Origin: an uncultured Rikenella sp.
GTDB lineage: Bacteria; Bacteroidota; Bacteroidia; Bacteroidales; VadinHA17
Reading direction: 5' to 3'
Assembly: GCA_964411345.1 (NCBI GenBank)
Contig: CAYPKP010000001.1
Coordinates: 6,452 to 70,451 of the forward strand
Length of the DNA stretch: 64,000 bases
Part shown: positions 9,626 through 19,789 of the stretch, in pieces
How the letters are laid out: each line of letters starts with the position of its first letter
Position numbering within the stretch: the first letter of the stretch is position 1
The notes under the pieces: model-generated
The model's input: only the letters and a program-made list of their open reading frames with translations
What the model was told of the DNA's origin: nothing
The model's database searches: none
Translations under genes and position numbers: made by a program

Positions 9626-10156
9626 CTATTTGACGGTTAGCTCCGCTAAGATATCATCTTTCATGACATTCTGCCCGGCCCTGACGGCAATTCTGACCAC
9701 GGTACCGTTCACCGGTGACTGTATCTCATTCTGCATCTTCATCGCTTCAAGGATCACCAGTGCTTCACCCCGCACAGCCTCGCTGTTCTCGCGTACAAGG
9801 ACGTCTATGATCTTGCCCGGCATGGGGGCCTTGACAGCTACTGTGCCGCTCTTGCCGCGACCCGTTTTAAGCACTTTTCTCCTCTGCATCGAGATGGGGG
9901 TCTCCACGGTAAATTCATGGCTGATGTCATTGAACAGAATCTCGTACCTGTTCTGCCTGACGCGTACTATCTCCACCGGGTACCTCCGGTTTTTCCAAAG
10001 CACGTGGACGCCGTATTTGTCGTCTTCGCGAAGCTCAACGGTGTACTCCCTGCCGTTGACTTTTATGACATTGCGCAATGGAAGGGAAAAGGTGAACTTG
10101 TGGCCCTCGCCCGAGAGGGCGTAGAGTCTCCTGATACCGGGTTTTTCAGATTTCAT
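9626..10156 (-). CDS. Biotin carboxyl carrier protein (biotin/lipoyl attachment domain)
   Basis: 176 aa. C-terminal biotinylation motif LEAMKMQNEI. Lies directly downstream of the biotin carboxylase (4-nt gap). Confidence 0.85.
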   Translation of the reverse strand: MKSEKPGIRRLYALSGEGHKFTFSLPLRNVIKVNGREYTVELREDDKYGVHVLWKNRRYPVEIVRVRQNRYEILFNDISHEFTVETPISMQRRKVLKTGRGKSGTVAVKAPMPGKIIDVLVRENSEAVRGEALVILEAMKMQNEIQSPVNGTVVRIAVRAGQNVMKDDILAELTVK

Positions 10157-10160
10157 TCTT

Positions 10161-11669
10161 TCAGAATTGAGAGAGTCTTTTTCTCAGCAGCCAGGGGGTA
10201 AGCTCCTTCCCCTGGTCAAAACTGATGCTTGATTTTTTCTCCGCGAGGTTCTCTTCAGCAAAGAGCTTCGTTGCCAGCCATGCAGCAATGGTCTCCTCAT
10301 ATTCGCTGCTGGTGTGGTATCTATCCAGCTCCTTTTCGATGAACGCCGTGGTGAAGGTGCCATCCTGGAATATTTTGTTGCGCATCAGCATGCGGAAAAA
10401 CGGGAGAGTGGTCTTCGTACCCCTGATCCATACCCTGTCGAGGGCTTTTTTGGTATTGGTGATGGCCTCCCTGCGGCTGGCGCCGGTGACTATGAGCTTG
10501 GCTATCATGGAATCATAGGCGGCAACGATCGGTGATCCGGCCCTGACACCCGTGTCAACGCGTATGCCTGCCTCTTCAGGCAGGCTGATATTCTCTATCC
10601 TGCCCGGTGAAGGGGCGAATCCTGCCTGCACATCCTCAGCATTGATGCGGCATTCAATAGCCCAGCCCTTGAGCTTCACATCCTCCTGCCGCAGGGTGAG
10701 TTCTTCACCTGCTGCAATACGTATCTGCTGCTCAATGAGGTCTATGCCCGTGATCATCTCCGTCACCGGGTGCTCCACCTGTATGCGGGTGTTCATCTCC
10801 ATGAAGTAGAAGTTACGGTCGGAGTCGAGCAGAAATTCCACGGTGCCTGCCGAGTAATAGCCTACGGCAGCTGCTATTGTCACAGCTACTTCTCCCATTC
10901 TATTCCTCAGCTCGTCGTCCAGGGCAGGAGAGGGTGCCTCCTCAAGCAGTTTCTGATGCTTGCGCTGAATAGAGCACTCTCTTTCACCCAGATGGATGAT
11001 GTTTCCGTGCGTGTCGCCAAGTATCTGAAATTCAATATGCTTGGGGTTATCGATAAATTTCTCTATGAAGACGCTGGGATCGTTGAATGCTTTCTCGGCT
11101 TCGCGGCTGGCCATATTGAACATCTTCTCCATCTCCGACTCCTGGCGGACGATGCGCATTCCCCTGCCACCGCCGCCGGAGGCAGCCTTGATTATTACCG
11201 GGTATCCTATGCGGGCTGCATGTTTCAGTGCCTCCTCCTCATCGGCGACGCTTCCCGGAGTGCCGGTGGCCATGGGTATTTTGTGCTTCAGGGCTATCTG
11301 TCTGGCGATGGTCTTGTTGCCCATCTTGTATATGGCGTCAGGCGACGGGCCGATGAATACTATACCGTTATCCCTGCACTTCTCGGCGAAGTATGCGTTC
11401 TCGGCAAGAAAGCCGTAACCGGGATGGAGGGCGTCACATTTCTGTTCTGAAGCCACAAAGATCAGTTTTTCGATATCGAGGAACACCGGTATCACAGCTT
11501 CGGTGTCATCTTCCTCATGGATAACATCGGCTGACGACAGGTACATGGCATCGGGTTCAGCCTGGGTGCGTATGGCGACGCATTCAATGCCCATCCTGCG
11601 TGCCGTACGCATGATCCTCACGGCTATCTCACCGCGGTTTGCTATCAGTATCCGTTTTATTCTGATCAT
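10161..11669 (-). CDS. accC: Biotin carboxylase subunit of acetyl/propionyl-CoA carboxylase
   Basis: 502 aa. N-terminus ILIANRGEIAVRIMRT, ATP-grasp glycine loop KAASGGGGRGMRIV, MNTRIQVEHPVTE. Confidence 0.9.
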   Translation of the reverse strand: MIRIKRILIANRGEIAVRIMRTARRMGIECVAIRTQAEPDAMYLSSADVIHEEDDTEAVIPVFLDIEKLIFVASEQKCDALHPGYGFLAENAYFAEKCRDNGIVFIGPSPDAIYKMGNKTIARQIALKHKIPMATGTPGSVADEEEALKHAARIGYPVIIKAASGGGGRGMRIVRQESEMEKMFNMASREAEKAFNDPSVFIEKFIDNPKHIEFQILGDTHGNIIHLGERECSIQRKHQKLLEEAPSPALDDELRNRMGEVAVTIAAAVGYYSAGTVEFLLDSDRNFYFMEMNTRIQVEHPVTEMITGIDLIEQQIRIAAGEELTLRQEDVKLKGWAIECRINAEDVQAGFAPSPGRIENISLPEEAGIRVDTGVRAGSPIVAAYDSMIAKLIVTGASRREAITNTKKALDRVWIRGTKTTLPFFRMLMRNKIFQDGTFTTAFIEKELDRYHTSSEYEETIAAWLATKLFAEENLAEKKSSISFDQGKELTPWLLRKRLSQF

Positions 11670-11719
11670 TTAGTTTTTTCTGTTACAAAGTCTTTTTACT
11701 TAACATTCAGGTTACCTTG

Positions 11720-11811
11720 TTCAGTCTACAGTCTTCAGTCCTCAGTCTACAGTCCACAGTTAACCAATTAGTTACAGACTGCCGACTGCCGACTGAAGAG
11801 TGCCGACTGCC
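11720..11811. repeat. Inverted pair of heptamer arrays (NNCAGTC x6, spacer, GACTGNN x5)
   Basis: 11720-11761: ttcagtc tacagtc ttcagtc ctcagtc tacagtc cacagtt. 11777-11811: gactgcc gactgcc gactgaa gagtgcc gactgcc. The last C is the first base of the stop codon complement of the carboxyltransferase gene. Confidence 0.75.
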
Positions 11812-13367
11812 TAGAGTGGCATATTCCCGTGTTTCCTTGACGGCACCTTGACGCTCTTGTTTTCCAGTGCCGCGAATGCCGAGAGCACCTTCTCGCGTGT
11901 CGTGGCCGGATCGATGACCTCATCGATATATCCTTTCTCGTCGGCAATGAACGGATTAGCCACCTTCTCGCGGTATTTCTTCAGCAGCTCCTTTTTAAGT
12001 GTCACCGGATCTGCTGCTGCTGCCAGCTCGCGCCTGTAGAGTATGGCCACGGCGCCGTCAGGCCCCATAACGGCTATCTCTGCCGAGGGCCAGGCGTAGT
12101 TGAAGTCACCGCCCATGCCGCGGCTGTTCATGACAATATATGCGCCGCCGTAGGCCTTGCGCAGGATAACGGTTATGCGCGGCACTGTAGCTTCGGAATA
12201 GGCAAACAGCAGTTTGGCGCCGTGCCTGATGATGCCTGAATGCTCCTGGTCCTTGCCGGGAAGAAACCCCGGCACATCCTCCAGAGTCAGTATCGGTATG
12301 TTGAATGCGTCACAGAAGCGTATGAAGCGCGCAGCCTTGGTGGATGAGTCGATGTCGAGCACACCGGCCAGAACCTTGGGCTGGTTGGCTACTATGCCCA
12401 CAGTTTTTCCCTCCATCCGGCCGAATCCGGTGATGATGTTGGGTGCAAACAGCTCGGAGGTTTCGAAGAAACTGTTGCGGTCAACAACAAGGTTGATGAC
12501 GTCACGAACGTCGTAGGCCTTGTTGGGGTCATCGGGGACAATTTCGCGCAGCCTGGGGTTGACACCGGGAGTGTCGCCGGCATACGCTGCGGCAGGCGGG
12601 TTCTCGAGATTGTTGGAGGGCAGGTAGGAGAGGAACTTTCTCACTGCAATGATAGTGTTTTCCTCGTCATCATAGATCATGTTCGCCACGCCGCTGCGGC
12701 GCGCGTGAACCTCCGCGCCGCCCAGCTCCTCACTGCTTATCTCCTCATTGAGCACCTCCTTGACCACGTTGGGCCCTGTGACAAACATGTAGCTCGTATT
12801 GCTGGTCATGAAGACCCAGTCGGTCAGGGCAGGTGCATAGACGGCACCGCCGGCAGCGGGTCCCATGATCACCGACAGCTGAGGGATGATACCCGACGAC
12901 TGAATAATGTTATTGAAGATAGCGGCATATCCGTTGAGGCTGGCGATGCCCTCCTGTATCCTTGCGCCACCCGAGTCATTGATGCCAATGAAGGGGGCAC
13001 CCATTTTGAGTGCCATCTCCTGTACTTTGGCGATCTTGCGGGCATGGACTATGCCCAGTGATCCACCCATGATGGTGAAATCCTGGGCGAAGGCAAACAC
13101 CAGCCTGCCGTCGATCTTGCCGTGACCGGTGACCACACCGTCGCCGTAGGCCATCTCAACCTTTCCGAATTCAACACCCTGGTCCGAGGGTGTCACGTAG
13201 GCGTCAATCTCTTCAAAAGTGCCTGAATCGAACAGCAGGGCAATCCGCTCATGGGCCGTAAGCTTTCCCTTGGAATGCTGCCTTTTGATGCGCTCTGCAC
13301 TGTATTGCTTCCTGTATGCCTCCTCTCTCTCAAGGTATGATCTGAAATACTTTCCGTTTATCTCCAT
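11811..13367 (-). CDS. Acyl-CoA carboxylase carboxyltransferase subunit (propionyl-CoA carboxylase beta / methylmalonyl-CoA decarboxylase alpha family)
   Basis: Motifs DSGGARIQEG, VPGFLPGKDQEHSGIIRHGAKLL, TVILRKAYGGAY. The track start (13418) is a TTG. The ATG at 13367 (MEINGKYF...) gives the usual N-terminus. Confidence 0.9.
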   Translation of the reverse strand: MEINGKYFRSYLEREEAYRKQYSAERIKRQHSKGKLTAHERIALLFDSGTFEEIDAYVTPSDQGVEFGKVEMAYGDGVVTGHGKIDGRLVFAFAQDFTIMGGSLGIVHARKIAKVQEMALKMGAPFIGINDSGGARIQEGIASLNGYAAIFNNIIQSSGIIPQLSVIMGPAAGGAVYAPALTDWVFMTSNTSYMFVTGPNVVKEVLNEEISSEELGGAEVHARRSGVANMIYDDEENTIIAVRKFLSYLPSNNLENPPAAAYAGDTPGVNPRLREIVPDDPNKAYDVRDVINLVVDRNSFFETSELFAPNIITGFGRMEGKTVGIVANQPKVLAGVLDIDSSTKAARFIRFCDAFNIPILTLEDVPGFLPGKDQEHSGIIRHGAKLLFAYSEATVPRITVILRKAYGGAYIVMNSRGMGGDFNYAWPSAEIAVMGPDGAVAILYRRELAAAADPVTLKKELLKKYREKVANPFIADEKGYIDEVIDPATTREKVLSAFAALENKSVKVPSRKHGNMPL

Positions 13368-13519
13368 TTTGGTTAGGGTATGGTATACTGCCGCATGCCT
13401 TTGATAATCGCATGACAAAAGTCATTAATTTGCAAATAATATGCAAACCTATTTTTCGACTGAAGAGAGGCAGGCAGATTTAAATATCAGTAAGACAGAT
13501 GTTTGCCTTTAGAACAATA

Positions 13520-14200
13520 TTATCTGACGTACTCCCTGATTGTCTCTGCCCAGAGACGGTAACCCTCATATGAGAGATGGAGGCCGTCGATGCTGCATTT
13601 GCGCGGCAGGTGATTGTTGCTGTCGGCCATGACACTGAAGAGGTCTATGTAGGTATGTCCGAATTCAGATGCAAGTGCCTTCAGCCTGCCGTTGAGCTCC
13701 ATTATCAGCTCAGTCTTGTCAGTATGGTTGCGTGCCATGCCCGTGGCAGGGTTCACCGGAAGGACACTCTCAACATACACCTTTGTGCGGGGGCTCTCCG
13801 TCCGTATACGTTCCAGGATGGTCCGGTAGTTGGCGGTTATCTCATCCACGGTCATGTTGCGGGAGAGATCGTTGACGCCGATCATTATGAAGATCTTTGC
13901 AGGTTGCAGCTTCGTGACGGCATCAAGGCGCAGCAGCACCCCTTCGGTCACGTCGGCGCTGATGCCCCTGTTGCGGCACCTTTTGTTGCCCAGCAGTTCG
14001 AACCACTCGGCACCGTCAGTAATGCTGTTGCCGAGAAAAACTATCTCATTTTTGCTGTCAGGGAGATGATCGTACATGTCCTTGCTGTGCCACCAGTATG
14101 CCGAGTATTTTGAGCTGTCGACGACGGATGTGGTTTGCTGCCCATAGGTTGCGGTCAGAGTGAGGAGCAGGATGATTGGCAGGAGGAGTGACTTTTTCAT
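13520..14200 (-). CDS. SGNH/GDSL-family esterase (secreted)
   Basis: Block I FLGNSITDG, block V-like IDGLHLS. Signal peptide MKKSLLLPIILLLTLTATYGQ from the ATG at 14200. Confidence 0.8.
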   Translation of the reverse strand: MKKSLLLPIILLLTLTATYGQQTTSVVDSSKYSAYWWHSKDMYDHLPDSKNEIVFLGNSITDGAEWFELLGNKRCRNRGISADVTEGVLLRLDAVTKLQPAKIFIMIGVNDLSRNMTVDEITANYRTILERIRTESPRTKVYVESVLPVNPATGMARNHTDKTELIMELNGRLKALASEFGHTYIDLFSVMADSNNHLPRKCSIDGLHLSYEGYRLWAETIREYVR

Positions 14201-14386
14201 TTGGTTATCTGATTTCTGTTTTATTGTTCGAATGAAATTCGCCTGGAGCAAAATTAATCATTTCCCCATGTAAGTTGCCGGGCATCCGGGTTTCATTCTG
14301 CAGGAAACGTCTGTAGTTGTCCGGAGGGACTCCTGGCGTTACAGTATTATCCTGTTCTTCTGTGAGCTGTGCCCGGGCAGGTTTCA

Positions 14387-15484
14387 TTAATTGAATCTGT
14401 TGATTATCTGCACCATCTTGTCATACTTTGCCTCCATGTCCTGCAGAAGGGCAATCTGTGCCCTGTTTCTGCGGAGGTTATGTTCAGGGTAGCTGATCTT
14501 GTAGTATATGTCTCCCGCGATGTAGTCGGTCAGGAACCTGGTGGCCATGATGTAGGTAAGGAGTTTTGGAGCGAAGGGTATGTATTCAATCTCAGTCGCA
14601 CTGAGGGTGCCCATTGCCTCAGAGAGGTAACCCTCAGCGTAGGCCCTGTATATCTCAATATCCATTGAAACCGCATCAAGGTCGGAGCTGTCCTCATCGG
14701 CCCGGTTGGCAGCTGTCCGGATGGCATCGCCGAAGTCATAGTGCACATAACCCGGCATGACTGTATCGAGGTCGATGAGACACAGTGCCCTGTCACTGGC
14801 ATCAAAGAGAATATTGTTGAATTTTGTGTCGTTGTGGGTGATCCTTACGGGAATCCGCCCTTCACGGCCCAGTCTGATGAGGATCTTCATCTCCTCCTCC
14901 CTTGAGGTTATGGCCTCGGTCTCGGCACGTACCTGCGAGACCCTTCCTGCGGGATTTTCATCAATTGCCCTGTGAAAGTTCTCCAGCCGTTTCTCAATGT
15001 TGTGAAAATCCGGTATGGTCTCATGCAGCGGCTCGCCCGGCAGGTCGGCAAGCATGGCCTGGAACCGCCCGATGGCCCTGCCTCCCTCGAAGGCCCTGTG
15101 GTATGAGTCCACCCTCTCGTAGGAGCGGTGGTCGGAGATGAAGATGAACGTCCTCCAGAATTTGCCCTCCTCATCAACGTAATATGATTTGCCGGTGGCT
15201 TTCACCGGTATCACTGTCATGCACTCCCTTTTGGGGTTGCTGCCGGGGATCAGGGCGATTTTCCTCCGGAGATGGGTGGTGACCCTTTCGATATTCTCCT
15301 GAAGCCCTGGTACATCCCTGAACACATTATCATTGATTCGCTGCAGGATGTAGTCATCACAATCCTTCTCCTCCGTGACAATGCGGTAGGTGTCATGAAT
15401 ATGGCCCGGGCCGAAGCTCTCTCCGGTGAGAAAGGTGCCCTCCGTGCCGAAATGGCTGAATATCTCCTGAAGGTCAGCTCTCAT
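14387..15484 (-). CDS. N-acetylhexosamine 1-kinase-like sugar kinase (APH/NahK family)
   Basis: 365 aa. Matches the NahK pattern along its length as I recall it: GPGHIHDTYRI, RITHNDTKFNNILFD, IDLDTVMPG, YDFGDAIR, GDIYYKISYPEHNLRRNRAQIALLQDME. Confidence 0.75.
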   Translation of the reverse strand: MRADLQEIFSHFGTEGTFLTGESFGPGHIHDTYRIVTEEKDCDDYILQRINDNVFRDVPGLQENIERVTTHLRRKIALIPGSNPKRECMTVIPVKATGKSYYVDEEGKFWRTFIFISDHRSYERVDSYHRAFEGGRAIGRFQAMLADLPGEPLHETIPDFHNIEKRLENFHRAIDENPAGRVSQVRAETEAITSREEEMKILIRLGREGRIPVRITHNDTKFNNILFDASDRALCLIDLDTVMPGYVHYDFGDAIRTAANRADEDSSDLDAVSMDIEIYRAYAEGYLSEAMGTLSATEIEYIPFAPKLLTYIMATRFLTDYIAGDIYYKISYPEHNLRRNRAQIALLQDMEAKYDKMVQIINRFN

Positions 15485-15495
15485 GCCAGGAGAGG

Positions 15496-16839
15496 TTATC
15501 TGCCTTTCAGCCTGTATCCGTGAAGCGAATAGTAGAGCAGTATAAGATAGCAGGGCAGGCAGACCCAGTATGCGGCCTGCGTGCTGAAGATGTCAGCAAG
15601 TTTTCCGTAGATGAGGGGTATGATGGCCCCGCCCACGACCGACATTACCAGAAGTGCGGAGGCGGTCTTGGTGAACCGCCCCACGCCGTTGAGCGCCAGC
15701 GGCCACATTGAGGGCCAGACAAGGGCATTGGCCAGCCCCAGCAGCGCCACAAAGAGAACGGTAACCGGTATTGTAAGCGTCACTGCTTCAAAGGTGACGA
15801 GATCCCTGAAGGGCATGGTTATCTGCGCTGCTGAAGGAGTGAATATTGCTCCCAGTGTGAAGATGATCCCCAGGATGGCTGAGATCCTCAGGGCATTAAC
15901 CTGTGACAGAGCCTTAGGTATCAGGATGATGCCCATGATATAGCCCAGTATCATCCCGAGCATGGTGAGTGATGTAAAGTACTTTGCCGATGACATTCCG
16001 ATGTCCAGCGACTGGCCGTACCTGATGATTGTGTCTCCGGCGATCACCTCGACGCCAACATAGAAGAAGAGTGCCACGGCCCCTATGATCATGTGCGGGA
16101 AATGCCATATGCTCGTCTTGTTGACGTTGGTCTCCCCGACAGATGGCTCCTCGGCATCGGTGTCCACCTCGGGCAGGTGTGCAAAACGAAGCAGCAGCCC
16201 CAGTGCCACGAGTATGACCGCCATAATGATATAGGGATTGATGACCCGGGTTGCCAGGAGGTCAAGTATCTCAGCGCGTGCCAGGGCATCGGTGGCGGCT
16301 GCAAGTTGCGCATCGAGGATGTGGGAGTCCTTGAGAATGTGGGCACCGAGGATCACCGGAGCTATGGCCCCGGCAAACTTGTTGGCTATGCCCATCATGC
16401 TTATGCGCTTGGCGGCACTCTCACGCGGCCCGATAATGGTAACGTACGGATTGGAGGCTGTCTGCAGCAGCGCCATCCCTGTTCCCTGTACAAACAGGCC
16501 GAGAAGGAAGATGGCATAGTTACGGGCCAGGGCGGCAGGAATGAAAATAAGGGCCCCGACAGCCATGACCCAGAGGCCTATGGACATGCCGTTCTTGAAT
16601 CCCGTTTTCTTCAATACTGCCGAAGAGGGGAGCGACATCACAAAGTACGAGATGTAAAAGGCGGTGGTCACGAAATAGGCCTGGAAATCGGTAAGCTCAC
16701 AGGCAGTACGCAAAAAGGGTATCAGGATGCCGTTGAGCCATGTGACAAAACCGAAGATGAAAAAGAATATCGCTATTACCGTCATGCCGACGATGTAATT
16801 CTTCCGGCTTATGGGGGCCGCTGCTTCAATTGTAGTCAT
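15496..16839 (-). CDS. Sugar MFS transporter (FucP/GluP/NagP subfamily)
   Basis: 447 aa with 12 hydrophobic segments. The N-terminal FFIFGFVTWLNGILIPFL motif is typical of glucose/galactose/fucose:H+ symporters. 11-nt gap to the kinase gene. Confidence 0.8.
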   Translation of the reverse strand: MTTIEAAAPISRKNYIVGMTVIAIFFFIFGFVTWLNGILIPFLRTACELTDFQAYFVTTAFYISYFVMSLPSSAVLKKTGFKNGMSIGLWVMAVGALIFIPAALARNYAIFLLGLFVQGTGMALLQTASNPYVTIIGPRESAAKRISMMGIANKFAGAIAPVILGAHILKDSHILDAQLAAATDALARAEILDLLATRVINPYIIMAVILVALGLLLRFAHLPEVDTDAEEPSVGETNVNKTSIWHFPHMIIGAVALFFYVGVEVIAGDTIIRYGQSLDIGMSSAKYFTSLTMLGMILGYIMGIILIPKALSQVNALRISAILGIIFTLGAIFTPSAAQITMPFRDLVTFEAVTLTIPVTVLFVALLGLANALVWPSMWPLALNGVGRFTKTASALLVMSVVGGAIIPLIYGKLADIFSTQAAYWVCLPCYLILLYYSLHGYRLKGR

Positions 16840-17014
16840 CGCTGTTGCTTTATGGTGTGATCTTGATTAATGGATTGCCTTCTTACATCAAAAGGAAGGT
16901 CAGGGTTCAAAACTAATCTTTTAATAAATAAACTGCAATATTGAAAAACATTGTTTCATCCTGCCGCGAAATAAAAGGGTAACATTCTCTTGTCACCGTT
17001 TCATTCGATAATGT

Positions 17015-17022
17015 TAATTTTG
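17015..17022 (+). promoter_or_regulatory. Putative Bacteroidota -7 promoter box (TAATTTTG)
   Basis: Exact TAnnTTTG match ending 18 nt upstream of the ATG at 17040. Confidence 0.35.
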
Positions 17023-17039
17023 CGGCATAGAAAGGAATT

Positions 17040-17831
17040 ATGGAAAAAAGAGATGTCATTGAAAGAATAAAAAGCAGGAAAGCCTTCATCAGCGACATGG
17101 ACGGCGTCATCTACCACGGCAATAAGCTCCTGCCGGGTGTTCCCGAGTTTGTCGAGTGGCTCAAGAGGGAGAAGAAGAAGTTTCTCTTCCTGACCAACTC
17201 CAGCGAGAGAACTCAGAGGGAGTTGCGTGAGAAGATGCTGAGGCTTGGGATTGACTTGCCCGAGGATGTCTTTTATACCAGTGCACTGGCGACAGCCCAG
17301 TTCCTCGCTTCCCAGAAGCCGGGGGGAACGGCGTATATCATAGGTGAGGCAGGACTGATCAATGCTTTATACAACGCCGGATTCACGATGAACAACTACA
17401 ATCCTGACTATGTTGTGGTGGGAGACACCCGCAGCTACAGCTTCGAGAAGATAGAGCAAGCAGTCAACCTGGTTTTGAAAGGGGCCAAGCTCATCGGGAC
17501 CAATCCTGATCTCACCGGTCCCGTGGAGAACGGCATTATCCCTGCCACCAAGGCTCTCATAGCCCCCATAGAGATGGCTACCGGGCGCAAGGCCTATTTT
17601 GTCGGCAAGCCCAATCCGCTGATGATGAGGATAGCCCTGAAGAAAATCGGATGTTCAAATGAAGAGACGGTAATCATTGGTGACAGGATGGATACGGATA
17701 TTATTGCCGGGATAGAGTCTGAGATAGATACGCTCCTGGTGCTGACCGGCATCTCCACTCTTAAGACGGTTGACAAGTTTCCTTACAGACCGGCCTACAT
17801 ACTTGAAGGGGTGGCGGATCTGGTACAGTAG
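17040..17831 (+). CDS. HAD-IIA family sugar-phosphate phosphatase (NagD-like)
   Basis: 263 aa. Motif I FISDMDGVIY, motif II LTNSS, motif IV IIGDRMDTDI. Confidence 0.85.
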   Translation: MEKRDVIERIKSRKAFISDMDGVIYHGNKLLPGVPEFVEWLKREKKKFLFLTNSSERTQRELREKMLRLGIDLPEDVFYTSALATAQFLASQKPGGTAYIIGEAGLINALYNAGFTMNNYNPDYVVVGDTRSYSFEKIEQAVNLVLKGAKLIGTNPDLTGPVENGIIPATKALIAPIEMATGRKAYFVGKPNPLMMRIALKKIGCSNEETVIIGDRMDTDIIAGIESEIDTLLVLTGISTLKTVDKFPYRPAYILEGVADLVQ

Positions 17832-17971
17832 TATCTGTGTCGGAGTGAACTGTCTGGTGCAGTATAATCCTGGCGGAAAGCACGTCATTTCATGACCGGG
17901 TTGACAGTGCCGATGCCGCCCGATGTCATACGCAGACAAAGTGAACAGAAATACCGTAAAATAATACAGAC

Positions 17972-19681
17972 ATGAAAAGAATACTCCTGGCAACTGGCAT
18001 GGCATTGCTTATGATGTTGCCCTCTCCAGCACAGAAGCCTGTCAGGGTGACCTACAAGACCATTGTCAACGGCAGGGAGGTGCAGGGTGATTCGCGCACA
18101 TTCATTGAGAGCGACGGTGTAACAGTAAAGCTTTCCGCCACGCCCCGGGACCCGGAACGGAAGGAGATACCCTCGCCGGTGCAGTCGGCCTACATTGACA
18201 TGACCACCGGGAGGTACATCCGTCTGGCTGACATGCCTGACGGGAGTAGAATAAGTGCCGTCATGCCCTTCAGCGAGATGCCTGTTGCAGAGATTACGGA
18301 TGAGAAGGAGGTGATCGCTGGATATGAATGCACAAAGGCCAGGCTTACCTGGTTCTCCAACAGCATTGAAATATGGTATACGGCTGATGCAGGGGTTGCC
18401 GGCACACCTGTTCCTGCTTACGGGGTGCCTGACGGCCTGGTGCTGCGGGTTGTGCGGAATGGCAATAATGTTACAGAAGCAGAAAAGGTGGAACAGTTAA
18501 AAAAAGGCCAGGTGAGCCTGGATCTTCCGGGCGATCTGGGCAGTGAAGTGGACCTGATGGCTTTTGATCATTACCTGAGGGAGGCTTTTGTAACCACGGT
18601 GACTGTTTTTGACAATGATGTGATTAACTGGGAAGGAGAGGTCATCAACCCGCCTTTCGGGCAGGAAGGTGTGCTGTACCGGTTTGCCGGAGGAACAATC
18701 ATACTGAGGAAGGTGACACTGCCGCAGGTGCATGACCGTTACAGCCTGTTTGCCGAGATAACACAGTATTCGGCAGGAGATGCCTATGATCGCACCGGGA
18801 CTGTGTTCGTCATACCGCAGGGTGACTCCCTCACTTTTCTCGACGGACTTACCGGCGGACATACGGAGCTGCCCCTCTACACCGACAGGCACGGCAGGGA
18901 GTACCGGGGGGTGGCAGCTACATCCGAATACCGGCCTCCTGTTGAACTGGTGAGATTCTTTACCCCTTTCGGCGTCAGGAACTTCAACGACCGTCGTACG
19001 GTGCCCGGGCTTACCTGGCAGGACTCAGCCTTCTACAGGCAGGATATCACCCAATACCTGCCTTTGCTGCGCGGTGAGGCATGGATAGGGGCATTCATCG
19101 GGAACTATGACAGGGGAGGACACAGGCTCTCCCTGAGACTGAAATACTACCCGGAAACCAGGGAGCTGGAGCCTGAACCTGCAGGGGAGAAGTGGATATC
19201 ATCACTTTTCAATACCCTGCCGATAATGGAGATGGCAGGCCAGCAGTACGGTACCATGTTTGACGGCGACACTCTCACGGTGAAGGTGGATATCCCCGAA
19301 GGGGTTGAGGATCTGCGTATGGTTTACATCACCACCGGCCACGGGGGGTGGGGCGGTGGAGATGAGTTCAACCAGAAGCTGAATGAGCTCTTTGCTGACG
19401 GCAGGAAGGTGTGGTCATACATACCCTGGCGTAGCGACTGCGGCACCTACAGGCTCTTCAACCCGGCCTCAGGCAACTTCTGGAACGGCCTCTCATCGTC
19501 TGATTACTCCCGCTCGGGATGGTGCCCGGGGTCGGTTTCCGAACCGCTTATCATTCCTCTGACCGGGCTGGAACCGGGCACGCACACCATAAGCGTGACG
19601 GTGCCCCTGGGCAAACCAGAGGGCGGCAGCTTCTCACACTGGAACATCAGCGGAGTGCTGGTGGGAGATCGTTCCAGGTAG
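17972..19681 (+). CDS. Secreted protein with PNGase F-like (peptide-N-glycosidase F) C-terminal domain
   Basis: 569 aa with a signal peptide. ITTGHGGWGGGDEF ... RSDCG ... NPASGNFWNGLSSSDYSRSGWCPG parallels the PNGase F region ISGWGH..GCAEW..CSANP..PGNWAPDRAGWCPG. An earlier AYDRTGTVFVIP resembles EWDRYANVYV. Confidence 0.55.
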   Translation: MKRILLATGMALLMMLPSPAQKPVRVTYKTIVNGREVQGDSRTFIESDGVTVKLSATPRDPERKEIPSPVQSAYIDMTTGRYIRLADMPDGSRISAVMPFSEMPVAEITDEKEVIAGYECTKARLTWFSNSIEIWYTADAGVAGTPVPAYGVPDGLVLRVVRNGNNVTEAEKVEQLKKGQVSLDLPGDLGSEVDLMAFDHYLREAFVTTVTVFDNDVINWEGEVINPPFGQEGVLYRFAGGTIILRKVTLPQVHDRYSLFAEITQYSAGDAYDRTGTVFVIPQGDSLTFLDGLTGGHTELPLYTDRHGREYRGVAATSEYRPPVELVRFFTPFGVRNFNDRRTVPGLTWQDSAFYRQDITQYLPLLRGEAWIGAFIGNYDRGGHRLSLRLKYYPETRELEPEPAGEKWISSLFNTLPIMEMAGQQYGTMFDGDTLTVKVDIPEGVEDLRMVYITTGHGGWGGGDEFNQKLNELFADGRKVWSYIPWRSDCGTYRLFNPASGNFWNGLSSSDYSRSGWCPGSVSEPLIIPLTGLEPGTHTISVTVPLGKPEGGSFSHWNISGVLVGDRSR

Positions 19682-19789
19682 AAGATGCTGCATTCTAAAA
19701 ATGAAATAAATGTCATTCTTTAGTGCAGTTTAGGGTTTGATTTGCTAACTTAGTGTTTGTTTTTTTTCACTAACCCTAAAAACTTACCT

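Noticed and set aside
16093-16860. 255-aa plus-strand ORF
   Set aside because: It is antisense to the well-supported sugar MFS transporter gene and its sequence is Gly/Arg/His-rich and non-protein-like. The same reasoning applies to 7765-8454, 10770-11450, 13577-14113, 36349-36822, 38053-38592 and 56609-57460.
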